Notes: a model not told the origin generated them from the sequence alone. DNA of 64,000 nt from Prasinococcaceae sp. CCMP 1430 (GCA_013416795.1 RQSC01000031.1:75193-139192), one strand, 5' to 3'; shown: positions 42,934-54,238, numbered from the stretch's first letter. Numbers and translations: made by a program.

Positions 42934-44441
42934 GCAAGCGCGCCCGCCGCAGCCACTGCCAGCCAGCTCTCGCCCGCGCGCGCGTCGAGCGGGCGGGCGG
43001 GCGCGCCGGTGGCGCGTGGCCAGTTTTAATGCACGCCGAGAGACGTTTGAGGAACTGTTTCATGCCGCGGCCGATAGTATGAGGTTCCCTGATCCCAGTT
43101 GACCCAATATGCCACTCCAGGGAGGACCCTTGCCTTCTAACCTCAAGGAGATCCAGACCCCCAACGCACAGACATCCCAACGCCAGGGTTGTACCATTTC
43201 TCATGCGTGGGTCAGAATGCATTATTGTTATTCGCATGCATCCCGACGCCTGGATGAAGGCACTTTCAAGTGCCGCAGCCCGCGTGACCCTCGCGAGCAG
43301 CGCACCGGCGCGCGTTATGCTGTCCGCGCTCGGCGGCAGCCTCTCGGAGGGGTTGAGGGTGGTGCTACCGTTGATGGCAGGGTGGGTGGGCTTCTGCGCC
43401 GCGCCGCCTGCTGGCGCCATCCAGGTGTCACGCCTCGATGGGCCCCGAGGGCTGCTCGCGTCGCGCTCAAAGGCCGCACGCCCACGCGCCCTCAGAGCTC
43501 GGCCAGCTCTCACCCAACGGCGACACGCGGCACGCAGAGCCTGAGGTCGACGTCAACGCGGAGAAGTCGCGCCGCCAATTGCATCTGACTTCTCGGAAAG
43601 CCCTTTCGACCGCGTGCCGGCCGCGAGCGCGACAGCCGGAGTGCCGTGCGAAGCTGCGGAAGGGACGGGGGCGGATCGCCGTCGTTCTCGCCGCAATCGA
43701 TCCGATTCGGCCCTCCTCCGAAGTTTGCACTGAGGGGCCGTTGGAGTCTGCGCTCGGCCCCGCGCGCGACGTCCGCACACGTCGACGGCTCCGATGGAAA
43801 TATATGGGCGGACGATAGATCGAATTTTGGGCGGCGGGAAGAGGTGGAGAAGGCCATCCCGTTTTTTTTTCTGGAACTTTTTCACGGGCGCTCTTTTCTT
43901 CGGCCGCGCATGGGATTCTGACTTTGACTTTGACTTCGGGCTCGATTTTGGGGACGGCCTCGGGTCCGATTCGCGGAAGGCGGCGAGTTCGGGCGCGGGG
44001 CGCCGCGGTTTGCCGGCGTCCCGCGCGTGCTCAGCAACCGGCTGATTCACCGGTGCTCTGCGTGCTCAGGAGGCTCCGCGCGCGCTGCGCCCAGCACGTA
44101 CCATCGAACCCAAAAACTGCCGTACACGCGCGTGTGTGCCCCCCGCCCCCGAATCGGATGATTTTGTGGGCGTCTCTGGCGCGCGAGCGCGTCGGGCGCG
44201 GGGGCGTTCGCGGGGGCGTCGGCAGGGATTCGATGGGTGGTAATTGTTGCGCGTTTTTTTTTTTTCGGCGATTCGATTTCGAAGCGCGAAAANTCCGCAG
44301 CGAGCCGCGCCGCGCCGCGCCACCTCGCGCGGGGCTCGACCGGGCCGCATCTGCGACGAGTGAGCACGCTCGAACCGCCGCCAGCGGCGGCTCGCGCCTC
44401 GTGTGTGGCGACGTGCCGCCGGGCGTGGGCCCACCGACAGA

Positions 44442-47400
44442 ATGCGCGCGCGGCTACGGTACGACGACGAGGGCCGCGGGCCTCCCGCGCGACCCGCGGG
44501 GAGGCACCCGGCAGCGGCGCCGTCGCGGCGCGGCGCTGCCTCCGTCGTCAGCGCCCTGCTCCCGTGCCTCCTCTTGTCGCTCGCCGCCGCCGCGCGCCGC
44601 GTCGCCGCCCAGCCGCCGTCCGCCTCGCAGCAGCCGGCGGCAGCCGGGGGTGAGAGCTGTGCGGCGGTGCGGCTCGTGACGCACGCAAACGCCTACGGCG
44701 GGCACGAGGCTCGCTGGAGGTTGTCGCCGTGCGTGACCGGCGCCGCGGGCCCCGTGCGTTCGGGGCCCTTCTGCACCGCCGTGGTGAGCGGCCCCGGCGG
44801 TGCCGCCGCCGTCGCTGGGAGCGCGCCCCGGTATGTGGGCGCTGACGAGGACGTGCTCGCGGCAGTGGCCAAGGGCGGCGGCGGCGGCGGCGGGTCCGGC
44901 GCGGAGCCCACCGACTTCGCGCTGGTGGAGTCCACAGCATGCGACGAATTCGCCGCGGCGAGCGCCGCGGCGCTCGGCGGCGACGAGGGCGCGCTGCCCG
45001 TCGCGCACGAGGTGGAGACGTGCCTGCCCGCGGGGACGTACACGCTTCAGATGTACGACGAGGGCCGAGACGGGTGGACGGGCTCGTGTGCGCGCTTCTC
45101 CGCGGCGGGGGAGTGCCTGCGCGAGTACGTTGCGGTGGACGTGTGGGCAGACGCGCCGGAGGGCTCCGAGGACGGTCAGCCAGTACAGCTTCTCGCGCGC
45201 GCCGGCGAGAACTTCGTCAGCGGCGGTCGCGCTGACGCAACGTTCGAGGTGCCCGCCTCTCTGCTCAAAGGCGGCGGCGACGACTCGCCGCTCACCATCG
45301 GCGCTGGCATGCGCCTGAGCATCACAGAGCCTGACGCCGACGGCACGATGAACGTGACGCTGGACGCGCCGCTGCCCCGCGAAGTGAAGCTGCTGAAGCT
45401 GTCGCTGAAGGTGACGGACGGGGCAACAGCGGTGGCGCCGGTCGTGCTGAACGCGACAGGCGGCGTCGCGGCAGAGGTCGGGATGGCGCTGCAGCCGGCG
45501 GGCTCGCAGCTCGTCATCAGCGGGCTGGGTGCGGCGGGCACTGCGCTGCCCTCGGGGGCGTCCGGCCTCCTGGTGAGGCTCTCGGTTGACACACGCCTGG
45601 CGGGTCAGTCCGTGTGCGCGAGCGGAGAGGCCCTTGGCGTGGACCAGAAGGACATGGTCGTGAGCGTCACATGCAGGGACGGCAGTGGGGAGGTCGTCGG
45701 CACGCTTGGCGGCACGGCGGCCTTCGCTGACGAAGTCTCGGCCGCGTGCCACGCCGAGCTGGCGCTGCCGCCGCCTTCGTTTGCCCTGAGGCAGCCAATG
45801 CTGTGGGACGCGGCGGTGGACATCGGCGGCGAGGGCTGTCGGGCCCCACAGCAGAACAGCTCGAGCGCCAACGCCGGCGGCGCTGGCAACGCGACCACGG
45901 GACCCGTGCCGCCCGCAGGCGAGGGGGGGGACGCCTGCGAGTGCGTGGCCGTGTGCGATCGGGTGCGCACTGCCGATGCCTCGCCCAGCCCGCGGTGCTA
46001 CGCGGCGTGCACCGACGACGGCTCAATGGCCTACGCTGCGTCCCTCGGAGAGCTGCGAGCGGCGATGCTCGATCCGGCGGTCGGCGCAATCGCCCTCACC
46101 GACAACATCGAGCTGGACCGAGACTTTGATGGTGAGTGGCTCGGTGTCGCCATGGGCCCATCGGCCGTCAAGGAGGGGGGGCAGCTTCCGTTCTTCGCCC
46201 TCCCGCAGCTCACGGACAGGGCGCTCGCGATCGTTGGGCGGTGCGGCGCGGACGGTCTGTCGCCGTGCGTGCTCGATGGGAAGCGCCGCGCGGGCATCTT
46301 CCTCGTCGGCCCGGACGCGCACCTCACGCTTCACAACATCGTTTTGCAGAACGCGATGCTAACCAACGCGGGCAACAACGCCACCGACGGCGAGGCGCTC
46401 GCGGCCATGTCCGTGGCGTCTGGTGGGCCAGCTCTGTCGCTGGTGATAAGCGGGAGTGCATGGCTCAGCTCTGTCACGGTACGCCACAACCGTGGCGTCA
46501 ATGGCGGCGCCGTGGCCATCAACGGGCAAGACATGCACTTCACCTGCGAGACATGTGAGATGTACGGAAATTGGGCGCTCGAGGCTTTCAGGGCCGCGCC
46601 CGCCCCTTCAGGCGCCGGCGGCGCCGGCGGTGCGCTTGGCGCGGGCGCCCCCCAGGCGCCCGACGCTACATCGGCGGCCGCGTGCAGCCTGTATGTCCCG
46701 TCCAACGGTGGCGCGCTGTGGGCGAGCGGGCCGCGCAACTCCATCGCGCTCGCGAACAGCATCTTTCTCGCGAATAAGGCGTGGTTCACAGGGGGCGCTG
46801 TCTTCATCGAGCCCTCCAGCGAGGAGACTTCGCTGGTGGTGGACGGCAGCACTTTCCTGGACAACTACCAACAGGGGACTGAGGAGGGCATCGACACCCT
46901 CAGCGCCAACCCCATTTGCGGCGGCGGCAATGCGTCTGCCCAGCTCGTCAGCACGTGGAATGGCGGCGTCGGTGTCCAGCCGCGCGATGAGGTTGACGTG
47001 TTCATCACGAGCGACCGCGTCACGATGACCTTGAGTCCCTGGTCGTTCGGGCAGTTCGACGAGACGCCCATCAATGCGCCCGGCCTGGAGTGGAAGTCAG
47101 TCGTGGCGGGCGCGCCAGCCGTGCGGGCGTACCCGGCCGTCCAGAGCTCCCAGGTTGGCTCGGCACGCAACAGTGGCAACTTCTCCGACTCGCAGGTGGC
47201 GCGCGCCCTCACGCCAGAGAGTCACGTGCCCTACGTCACCCTGCTGCCCCTGCCGCGCTTCGCTGCGCGCGAGCAGGCCGCCGCGGGGGCGCCTTCCATC
47301 TTTCAGCAGGCGCAGGGCGGGCAAGATGGCCCGTCGGATTGGTGCGCCTCTGCGAGCCCTGGCACTCCTCCGCCGCTCTCGGTCGCGCAGGGGGTTGGCG

Positions 47401-50400
47401 GCAGCTCGGACGAGGGCTGGCCTTGCGTCGTGCGCATCGCCGCTGGCTCCCCAGCCTTCGAGGACCCAGGCGCCGCGGCTACCAAGTGGCTTTTCGGGGA
47501 CCGCTCGCATCTCGTGACCGTGAGCACCAACTACAGCGGCGACAACACGAACGTTGGCCTCTACCTCTTTGAGTACGATGCCGTCGACACGGACGGTGCG
47601 GTGGCAACCTCCGCCTACCGCTGGCTGGTCGTCGAAGATGGCACGCCACCCGTCGCGGGCAACGTCAATTGGGCGCCCTTCGTCACCGACCCGCAAAAGT
47701 TCGCAGTGACCTGGCGCGGCTTTGAAGACCCGGAGTCCAGCATCGTGTCGTACGAGTGGGGCGTCGGCTCCGAGCCCCATGAGAACTGCACTCGCCGGGG
47801 CGACGCGCAGGCGACCTGCCCGGACGTGCGCGCCTTCGACTCCTACTCGAGCAGCGTGGGCGACGAGTGTGAGTGCCGGTGCGTGGATCCGACGGCGGCG
47901 TCCGACGCGCTGAACGCCACGTCGCAGCCCGAGCTGCCCACTGTGCCGTGCGACCCGCTGCCGCCTGTGCTCTCGAGCCTGAAGGACGGGTGCACCTGTC
48001 CGCCGAGTCTGGCGACGCAGGGCAAGTGCGCGGTCGAGTACACGTGCGTGCATGACATCTGGAAGCGCACCCTGACTGAATTGGGCGATGGCGGCACGTA
48101 CCATGGCATCGTTCGCGCATGGAATGCGTATGGCAAGCTGATCACCGTGTCGTCGCCTGGCGTGCTCGTGGATGCCACCCCTCCGGCCATCGACGAGGCG
48201 CTCGCGGGCAGCGTTCGCTGCGGGCCGTTTTGCGCCGAGTCTGACGGCGACGACAGCATGGCTTCGCTGTCTGCTGACGTGCAGGCGGAAAGGGACAGCA
48301 TTGTGTGCTGCTGGCCAGACTTCGCGGACGCGCCGAGGTCACTTTGCGCCGGCTGCAAGGGCTCTGGGCTCGCAAGCGTTTCGGTTGAACTCATCGAAAG
48401 GAGTCTCAACCAGCAGCAAGTGAAGAGCGGCGGCGAGCAGCAGGACGGCGGCGGCGCAGCAACCGCGATTGGCGCCGTGGTGGGCACCGCCAGCCTGCTC
48501 TCCGGGAGCCCCAGCGCCCCAGCCGGGCGTGCGCCCAGCACTTCGTCGGATGAGGAGTCCCTAGTTGGCGGCAGCGGACAGGGCAGGGTCGCCAACGTCA
48601 CCAAGCACGTGCCCGCGGTCGACGACGCAGTTGGAAATGGCGGCGGGGCCCCGAACGGGTCCGTCGCACGCGCGGGCTACTCGGTTCTGAAATTCAAGCT
48701 GGCGGCCGACGGCGCGGCGTCGTCGGGCCAGCCTGAGGGCGTGCTGCAGCGCTCCCTGAGGGACGCGCACTCGTACAGCGTGAAGGTCGTTGCGCGGGAT
48801 CTTGCTGGAAACGTCGCTCCCGCTGTCCTTTCAACCAAACCCGCCGTCATCGACGTGCAGCTCCCGCCGCAAGGATCGCGTCTGGTGGTTTTTGCCTCCG
48901 AGCTGCCCACCGAGGTTGGCGCCCAGCAGATCTGGGACCCGCCACCGGCGGTGGCGCTCGTCTTCCCAACCGCCGCTGAGATGGACCAGCTGGTCGGCCC
49001 GTACTTCGCGAGGGCCAGCCCCGCGAACGCGAGTGCCTGTGAGACGCCCTCAGATGCTGCCGAGAACAGCTGCTTCGTCGCGGTCGGAATCGGGGGCAGG
49101 CGCGAGGAGTTCGTCACTTCCGAGTTCGTTCCAATATCCGCGCTCAGCAGCAGCGGCGGCAGCGGCATTGGGAGCTCGTCGACTTCATCGTCTTCGTCTG
49201 GGCGTCGGGGCAGGCGCCTCTTGCAACAAGATGGCGAGGTGGACGGCGGTGGCGACGCGGCGGAGGAGAATGGCGCTTCGGACACGCCGGGGATGCTCCC
49301 GCCCGCTTTCAACACGGTTGCTGAATGGTGTGCCGCAGAGCCGGGGTGCTTTGGCGTCGCGACCATGCAGGACCTCGTCGTGGCGGGACCGACCACCAAT
49401 GGCACGTTCGCGCTGACGTTTGACATGAGCGACCCCGCCTACAACGTGCGTGTCGAGCCCGCGTCCTCGCCCACAGTCCAGGTGCGCGAGTGCCTCGACA
49501 ACGAGGTGTTGTCCCTGAACGCTGGCTTTCCATGGTGCGAGCCCGTAAAGTGCGGCACGGGCGCATACCTGAACACGACACTTCGCAACGAGACCTCGGA
49601 GGCTGCCGCAGGCGGCAACGCAAGCTTGGTGATAGAACTCGTGCAGCAGAACGCGTGCGTACAATGCCCCACGGGCACGGCTTCCGCAAACGCGACCAAC
49701 AACACTGCGTGCGCGCCATGCGAGCCCGGGACCTTCGCTGCCTCAATCGGCTTCGGAGCGTGCACCCCGTGTCCGCAGGGCACGTACCAGCCCACAGACG
49801 GCGAGGATGAATGCGTTGCGTGCCCCGAGGGCTCGACGACCCTGGGGCTCGGCGCGGCATCCGTGGACGAGTGCCGGTGCAAGGCCAGCTTTTACAACGA
49901 ACGCCAGTTCCAAGCCGGCGAGGGCAACGTGACGGACGCGGTCTGTCTGCTCGGATTCGACAGCAGCAAAGTGAACTTGGACGATCTATCGCTGTGCGGC
50001 GCGCCGCCCGAGGATCTAGACGCTGTTGTCACGGCATCGGCCCCATGCCCGTTGGCGTGTCCCTTCCAGGACGGGGCGCTCTGCGTGCGCTGCGCAGCCC
50101 CGGCGTCCTGCCTGCAGTGCCCCGAGGGCGGCAGCTGCGCGGGCTTCGAGCAGCTATCGCCCACGCTGGCGGTCGATGGTGCGCCAAAGAACCTCGCCGG
50201 GTACTGGGGCGACCCGCGTTTCCCGACCACCTTCTACACGTGCAAGGAGGATAGATGCGACTCGGACTTTTCGTGCTATGAAGGCTACGCTGGGACCATG
50301 TGCGAGGCGTGCGCCGACGGCTATAGCCGCGTGGTGGGCGAGTGCCTACGGTGCTCGCCGGCCTGGTACGTCGGCGAGGCGCTTCTGATCCCGCTCATTG

Positions 50401-53400
50401 TCGTAGCCTGGGTGGGCCTCAACCTCCTCTCGTTGAGTAGCCCCGGGCTGGGCCTGATGATGAACTTCTTCCAGAAGGTGGCGGTGCTGCTGGTGTTTGA
50501 CGTGGTATGGCCCAGCACGCTCGGCCGCATCTTCAACGCCCTTTCGTTCTTCGCGTTCAGCGTGTCGTTCGTGACGCCCGGATGCATCTTCGGCGGCTGG
50601 AGCGCGCAGGCGTCGTTCTTCGTGCAGGCAATGCTCCCCGTGGCCGCGGCCATGTTGTACTTTGGCCGGCACGCCGCGATCGTGCTCTGGCACAGCAGAC
50701 AGCAGGGACGTCTCAGAACGAGCTACACGGCACTGGCACGGCCGCAGCCCGGTCAGACGCGCGCGCAGCGCGCGGAGCAGCACGCCCGGCGCGCCGCGGC
50801 GCATTGGCGTATCGTGCTGCTCCAGCGGCGCTTCGACCGCAGCCTCGACCTCGCCATCGCCGCGTCGAGCGCCTTCTGTGCGCAGGTGCTCGTGGCGATG
50901 CTCGTCGTGGGCTTGGCCCCTATTCCGTGCAGAGGGTTGGCGAATGGCGACAATGTCCTCAGGCAGATGCCCACAATATCGTGCAGCTCGAGCCTGCGCG
51001 ACGCCATGTTGGGGGTGGGCGTCGTCGTGCTCGCCGTGACGCTCGGGATGCTGGCATGGTTCCTGTGGGTGCTGCACGCGCACAGGATGCGCACGGCGCT
51101 CGAAGATGTGCGGTACAAGCGCAGGTTCGGTTGGCTGTACGACAGGTACACCTTCGGAACGCTCCTGTGGGAGGGCAAGGTGGCCGCCGACAAGGTGGCG
51201 CTCGTCGCGTTGGGCATCTTGCTCCCAAACAGCGCCTGGCAGCTCTACATCGCCATCGCCGTCGCAACGGTCTCTCTGGGGGTGCACCTGCTCGCGAGGC
51301 CCTTCATCCGGGACCTCTATGCCTTCAACTATGTGGAGGGCATCTACCTGTGGGCGTTCGCCCAGATCCTGCTGGCCGGGTTTATCTTCGAAAACGAGGA
51401 CTTCTTCGGCTCGGGCATCCGCACATTCGCCGAGGTTTACACCTACGTCTTCCTGGCAAGCGGCCTGGTCGTCGCTGGTGTGAGCGTGGTGTATGACCTC
51501 AGGCGGGTGCATCTGGCGTCGAGGGCCGCCACGGACGTCATCACGCATGTCGGCAAGATCAGCGAGCGGCTTCGTGCGATGTCGGGCGACGCTGGCGAGC
51601 TCAGCTCCTCCGAGGGCGCGGTAGCGGCGCTCGTGTGGCCCGAGGAGGGGGGGAGCGAGGAGGGCAGCGTGCGCGGCACTGTGCCGCTTGCGGCGAGCGG
51701 CGCCTTCGCGAGGGCGTCCTCGAGTCGTCAGGAGCTCCTCGGCAGGCTCGACGCCGTGTCGGGGGACCCGGAGCTCGGCGGGGCGGCTGGGACCTCCGTC
51801 GCCTCCGCGCCCTCTCCGGGCAGCAGGGAGCGCCTGGGCTACGCCATGCTGCGCAGGCCGCGCCGGGTGCTGCACTGCCTGCCCGCAGGCGAGCGCGTTG
51901 GTTTGGAAGACAGGGTCCATCAGCGGTACGTCATCTACCCACAGGATGACACGTTCGCCACCTTCCTCAAGCCGGGAATTGCCAACGCCTGGGCGCGCGA
52001 CGAGGCCAGCACGGTGGACCCCGAGGAGTCCAAGCTGGTGTTTGACGTCATGCGCGAGGTCGACACGGAAATGCGGCGCTCGCGGGGGCTCAACTACTAC
52101 AGCGGATCGATGGATAGCTACCTCCTCGACCAGATGGTGCAGGCCAACCCAGCACTGCTGGACTTCGTCGCGTGCGCCGACCAGGCATCCGTGGACGACT
52201 TCAGGCACTTCTTTTTGGCATTTAGTAGCTACTACCGATGCGGCGGCTTCGATCCTGTGTCGAGCCACATCGTCAGTGGACAGAAGTACGCGAATTTTGT
52301 GGCGGTGATGCTCACTCTTGACGAGCGAAGCCGCCACATGGTCGCCTACGCCATCCGCGTGCTCGATGCCTCTCGGCGCAGCCGCGGTCTCAAGGGCCGC
52401 GCGCGGGCGTGTGCGACGTGCCTGCCGCATTGCGGCTGCTGCGGTGCGCTGGACGGGGGGCCCGCGCGGGGGGACGCCGCCGCACGTCCCGGCGGCGCGC
52501 GCGGCGGCGCGAGCAACTACGCACTCCACAGAGGGGGAGAGCAGTCGGGACCGTCCACGCCCGCCTCCCCGGGCTTGTTGCAAGCGGACCAGCGCGATGA
52601 GGCGAGCACGAGCCGCGGCGGCGCGGGGCCGAATGGAGAGGCTTCGTCGCGCTTCCGGTCATTCTTCGACGGCGGCGACGAGGATCTCGACGAGAAAAAG
52701 GCGAAAGGGAAGGAGAAGAAGGACCTCGCACCGCGCAGCGACACGCCTGGCGTCGTCATCTCGCCCGGGCTACCGACACTCGGACTCGGCAACCTCTTCG
52801 GCGGCGGTGCCCAGTGGCACGGCGTGGACCTGGCACACGCGGCCGACACACGCGACACGCTCGGGGCGAACATTCGAAGTTCGCACAAGCGAGCAGTCGA
52901 GCCGAGCCTCGTGGCCAACCATCTTCGGCCGAGCGGCAAGGGCAAGACGCCAGGCATCTCCCTCGGTACCAGCAGCGCAGCGACGCAGGCCGAGGGCGTG
53001 CCCGGCGTGCGCATCATTCCCGGGCGCGCCGCTGGAAGCTACCGCGACAAAGGCAAGGGCAAGGCCTACGACGATGGCGGCAAGGGCAAGGTCCACGACG
53101 ACGACGTCATGGAGTTCGGCAACCCTTACTATGCCGCGAAGAAGGGGGGAGGGCTATCGCCGCTGCCGATGGCGACGCCGCCGCACCAGCCGCGCATGTC
53201 ACGCGTGCGCGAGGAGGCGGAGGAGGAGCAGCAGCGGGAGCTTCGCGCCAAACTGGGCATCCCAGACTCGGTGAATGTGTGCAACAGCACCGAAAACATC
53301 GAGCAGGCCATCGACGTGGCCTCGCCGCTGACGGAGACGCCCGGCTCGAGCACTCGCGAGGCCACGCCAGTGGCGTCGCCGGCCATGCTCCCATCAGGTG

Positions 53401-54017
53401 CAGCGACGGCTGCTGGCCTCAAGGCCACTGCGCGGCGTGGAGGAGACGGGTCGGTCACGGCGCCTGAGTCCTCGGCTTCTGCACAGGGTGGAGAGCGTCA
53501 TCGCGCGACCTTCCGTGACGCGGGTGTCGAGCTCCGCGGCGAGCGTTATGCCAGCGCCGTCGTCCGCGAGCTGGAGGAAGAGGGCGTGCGCAGCAGGGAG
53601 CGCATGGTCGGTGCCGGCTCAGCGGTGACCATTCCGCGTGGCCGCGGGCAAGAATTGCACGACGAGGGTGAAAGATCGAGCGCGCCGAGCCGAGGAGGGG
53701 GCGGTGGCGTGCCGTGGTATTGGCCCCGCAGCCAGGAAAAGGGCAAGCAGCAGCAGCGATCCACTGACGATGGCACCGTCGAGGAGGAGTCGCATCAGAC
53801 TCCGAGGCAGGCTCAGCCGGTGACTGCCTCGCCGCTCGGGACCGTCGGGGCGAGCCCGCGTGGCGCGGAGCGGGAGGAGGCCGAGCGCCTCGAGGCGCTG
53901 TCAAACGTCATTCGCGCCAGCGTCAGCCAGCGGCAGCAGCGCGAGTCGCAGCGTTGGCGGGCGGCCGAGGACGCGCGGTACTACACGAAAGAGGCGCGCG
54001 ACGAAGGCCCGCAGTAA
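44442..54017 (+). CDS. Giant intronless cell-surface multi-pass receptor-like protein (PMP-like beta-helix repeats, FN3-like, GCC2/GCC3 Cys repeats, about 9-10 TM, long cytosolic tail)
   Basis: Signal-like LLPCLLLSLAAAA; GGAVAI/NGGAL/GGAVF with FxxN; VTWRGFEDPESSIVSYEWGVG; CxxCPxGT(F/Y) repeats; CPEGGSC..GYWG; hydrophobic block at about 50380-51500. Confidence 0.85.
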   Translation: MRARLRYDDEGRGPPARPAGRHPAAAPSRRGAASVVSALLPCLLLSLAAAARRVAAQPPSASQQPAAAGGESCAAVRLVTHANAYGGHEARWRLSPCVTGAAGPVRSGPFCTAVVSGPGGAAAVAGSAPRYVGADEDVLAAVAKGGGGGGGSGAEPTDFALVESTACDEFAAASAAALGGDEGALPVAHEVETCLPAGTYTLQMYDEGRDGWTGSCARFSAAGECLREYVAVDVWADAPEGSEDGQPVQLLARAGENFVSGGRADATFEVPASLLKGGGDDSPLTIGAGMRLSITEPDADGTMNVTLDAPLPREVKLLKLSLKVTDGATAVAPVVLNATGGVAAEVGMALQPAGSQLVISGLGAAGTALPSGASGLLVRLSVDTRLAGQSVCASGEALGVDQKDMVVSVTCRDGSGEVVGTLGGTAAFADEVSAACHAELALPPPSFALRQPMLWDAAVDIGGEGCRAPQQNSSSANAGGAGNATTGPVPPAGEGGDACECVAVCDRVRTADASPSPRCYAACTDDGSMAYAASLGELRAAMLDPAVGAIALTDNIELDRDFDGEWLGVAMGPSAVKEGGQLPFFALPQLTDRALAIVGRCGADGLSPCVLDGKRRAGIFLVGPDAHLTLHNIVLQNAMLTNAGNNATDGEALAAMSVASGGPALSLVISGSAWLSSVTVRHNRGVNGGAVAINGQDMHFTCETCEMYGNWALEAFRAAPAPSGAGGAGGALGAGAPQAPDATSAAACSLYVPSNGGALWASGPRNSIALANSIFLANKAWFTGGAVFIEPSSEETSLVVDGSTFLDNYQQGTEEGIDTLSANPICGGGNASAQLVSTWNGGVGVQPRDEVDVFITSDRVTMTLSPWSFGQFDETPINAPGLEWKSVVAGAPAVRAYPAVQSSQVGSARNSGNFSDSQVARALTPESHVPYVTLLPLPRFAAREQAAAGAPSIFQQAQGGQDGPSDWCASASPGTPPPLSVAQGVGGSSDEGWPCVVRIAAGSPAFEDPGAAATKWLFGDRSHLVTVSTNYSGDNTNVGLYLFEYDAVDTDGAVATSAYRWLVVEDGTPPVAGNVNWAPFVTDPQKFAVTWRGFEDPESSIVSYEWGVGSEPHENCTRRGDAQATCPDVRAFDSYSSSVGDECECRCVDPTAASDALNATSQPELPTVPCDPLPPVLSSLKDGCTCPPSLATQGKCAVEYTCVHDIWKRTLTELGDGGTYHGIVRAWNAYGKLITVSSPGVLVDATPPAIDEALAGSVRCGPFCAESDGDDSMASLSADVQAERDSIVCCWPDFADAPRSLCAGCKGSGLASVSVELIERSLNQQQVKSGGEQQDGGGAATAIGAVVGTASLLSGSPSAPAGRAPSTSSDEESLVGGSGQGRVANVTKHVPAVDDAVGNGGGAPNGSVARAGYSVLKFKLAADGAASSGQPEGVLQRSLRDAHSYSVKVVARDLAGNVAPAVLSTKPAVIDVQLPPQGSRLVVFASELPTEVGAQQIWDPPPAVALVFPTAAEMDQLVGPYFARASPANASACETPSDAAENSCFVAVGIGGRREEFVTSEFVPISALSSSGGSGIGSSSTSSSSSGRRGRRLLQQDGEVDGGGDAAEENGASDTPGMLPPAFNTVAEWCAAEPGCFGVATMQDLVVAGPTTNGTFALTFDMSDPAYNVRVEPASSPTVQVRECLDNEVLSLNAGFPWCEPVKCGTGAYLNTTLRNETSEAAAGGNASLVIELVQQNACVQCPTGTASANATNNTACAPCEPGTFAASIGFGACTPCPQGTYQPTDGEDECVACPEGSTTLGLGAASVDECRCKASFYNERQFQAGEGNVTDAVCLLGFDSSKVNLDDLSLCGAPPEDLDAVVTASAPCPLACPFQDGALCVRCAAPASCLQCPEGGSCAGFEQLSPTLAVDGAPKNLAGYWGDPRFPTTFYTCKEDRCDSDFSCYEGYAGTMCEACADGYSRVVGECLRCSPAWYVGEALLIPLIVVAWVGLNLLSLSSPGLGLMMNFFQKVAVLLVFDVVWPSTLGRIFNALSFFAFSVSFVTPGCIFGGWSAQASFFVQAMLPVAAAMLYFGRHAAIVLWHSRQQGRLRTSYTALARPQPGQTRAQRAEQHARRAAAHWRIVLLQRRFDRSLDLAIAASSAFCAQVLVAMLVVGLAPIPCRGLANGDNVLRQMPTISCSSSLRDAMLGVGVVVLAVTLGMLAWFLWVLHAHRMRTALEDVRYKRRFGWLYDRYTFGTLLWEGKVAADKVALVALGILLPNSAWQLYIAIAVATVSLGVHLLARPFIRDLYAFNYVEGIYLWAFAQILLAGFIFENEDFFGSGIRTFAEVYTYVFLASGLVVAGVSVVYDLRRVHLASRAATDVITHVGKISERLRAMSGDAGELSSSEGAVAALVWPEEGGSEEGSVRGTVPLAASGAFARASSSRQELLGRLDAVSGDPELGGAAGTSVASAPSPGSRERLGYAMLRRPRRVLHCLPAGERVGLEDRVHQRYVIYPQDDTFATFLKPGIANAWARDEASTVDPEESKLVFDVMREVDTEMRRSRGLNYYSGSMDSYLLDQMVQANPALLDFVACADQASVDDFRHFFLAFSSYYRCGGFDPVSSHIVSGQKYANFVAVMLTLDERSRHMVAYAIRVLDASRRSRGLKGRARACATCLPHCGCCGALDGGPARGDAAARPGGARGGASNYALHRGGEQSGPSTPASPGLLQADQRDEASTSRGGAGPNGEASSRFRSFFDGGDEDLDEKKAKGKEKKDLAPRSDTPGVVISPGLPTLGLGNLFGGGAQWHGVDLAHAADTRDTLGANIRSSHKRAVEPSLVANHLRPSGKGKTPGISLGTSSAATQAEGVPGVRIIPGRAAGSYRDKGKGKAYDDGGKGKVHDDDVMEFGNPYYAAKKGGGLSPLPMATPPHQPRMSRVREEAEEEQQRELRAKLGIPDSVNVCNSTENIEQAIDVASPLTETPGSSTREATPVASPAMLPSGAATAAGLKATARRGGDGSVTAPESSASAQGGERHRATFRDAGVELRGERYASAVVRELEEEGVRSRERMVGAGSAVTIPRGRGQELHDEGERSSAPSRGGGGGVPWYWPRSQEKGKQQQRSTDDGTVEEESHQTPRQAQPVTASPLGTVGASPRGAEREEAERLEALSNVIRASVSQRQQRESQRWRAAEDARYYTKEARDEGPQ

Positions 54018-54238
54018 ATTTTTAGCGACACCTTTGACTTGCGTACAGCTCAAATGCGCTGCGCGTGTGCTAGGGCCGGCCGGCCAGCGCGAGCGCGGTG
54101 GCAGCGAGCCCCAAGGAGAGTTCAGGGACTCCGACGATGACGACGACGATGGCGGGCGGTGATGACGATGACTCAGCGCGCGGCTGGTCGCACGCACGCT
54201 CCAGACGACACGTGCATGTATATCTCCTCTTTTTTTTT

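Noticed and set aside
43020-43600. Lower-GC patch with ORFs on both strands (43109-43588 +, 42677-43513 -)
   Set aside because: No codon bias, domain, terminal repeat or RNA-gene motif could be recognised; a small gene cannot be excluded without RNA data.
6640-44280. Poly(dA/dT) tracts and (CG)n runs near gene starts (e.g. 6647, 16594, 34436, 34557, 34847, 44253)
   Set aside because: These are generic nucleosome-depleted promoter features and do not indicate a specific system.
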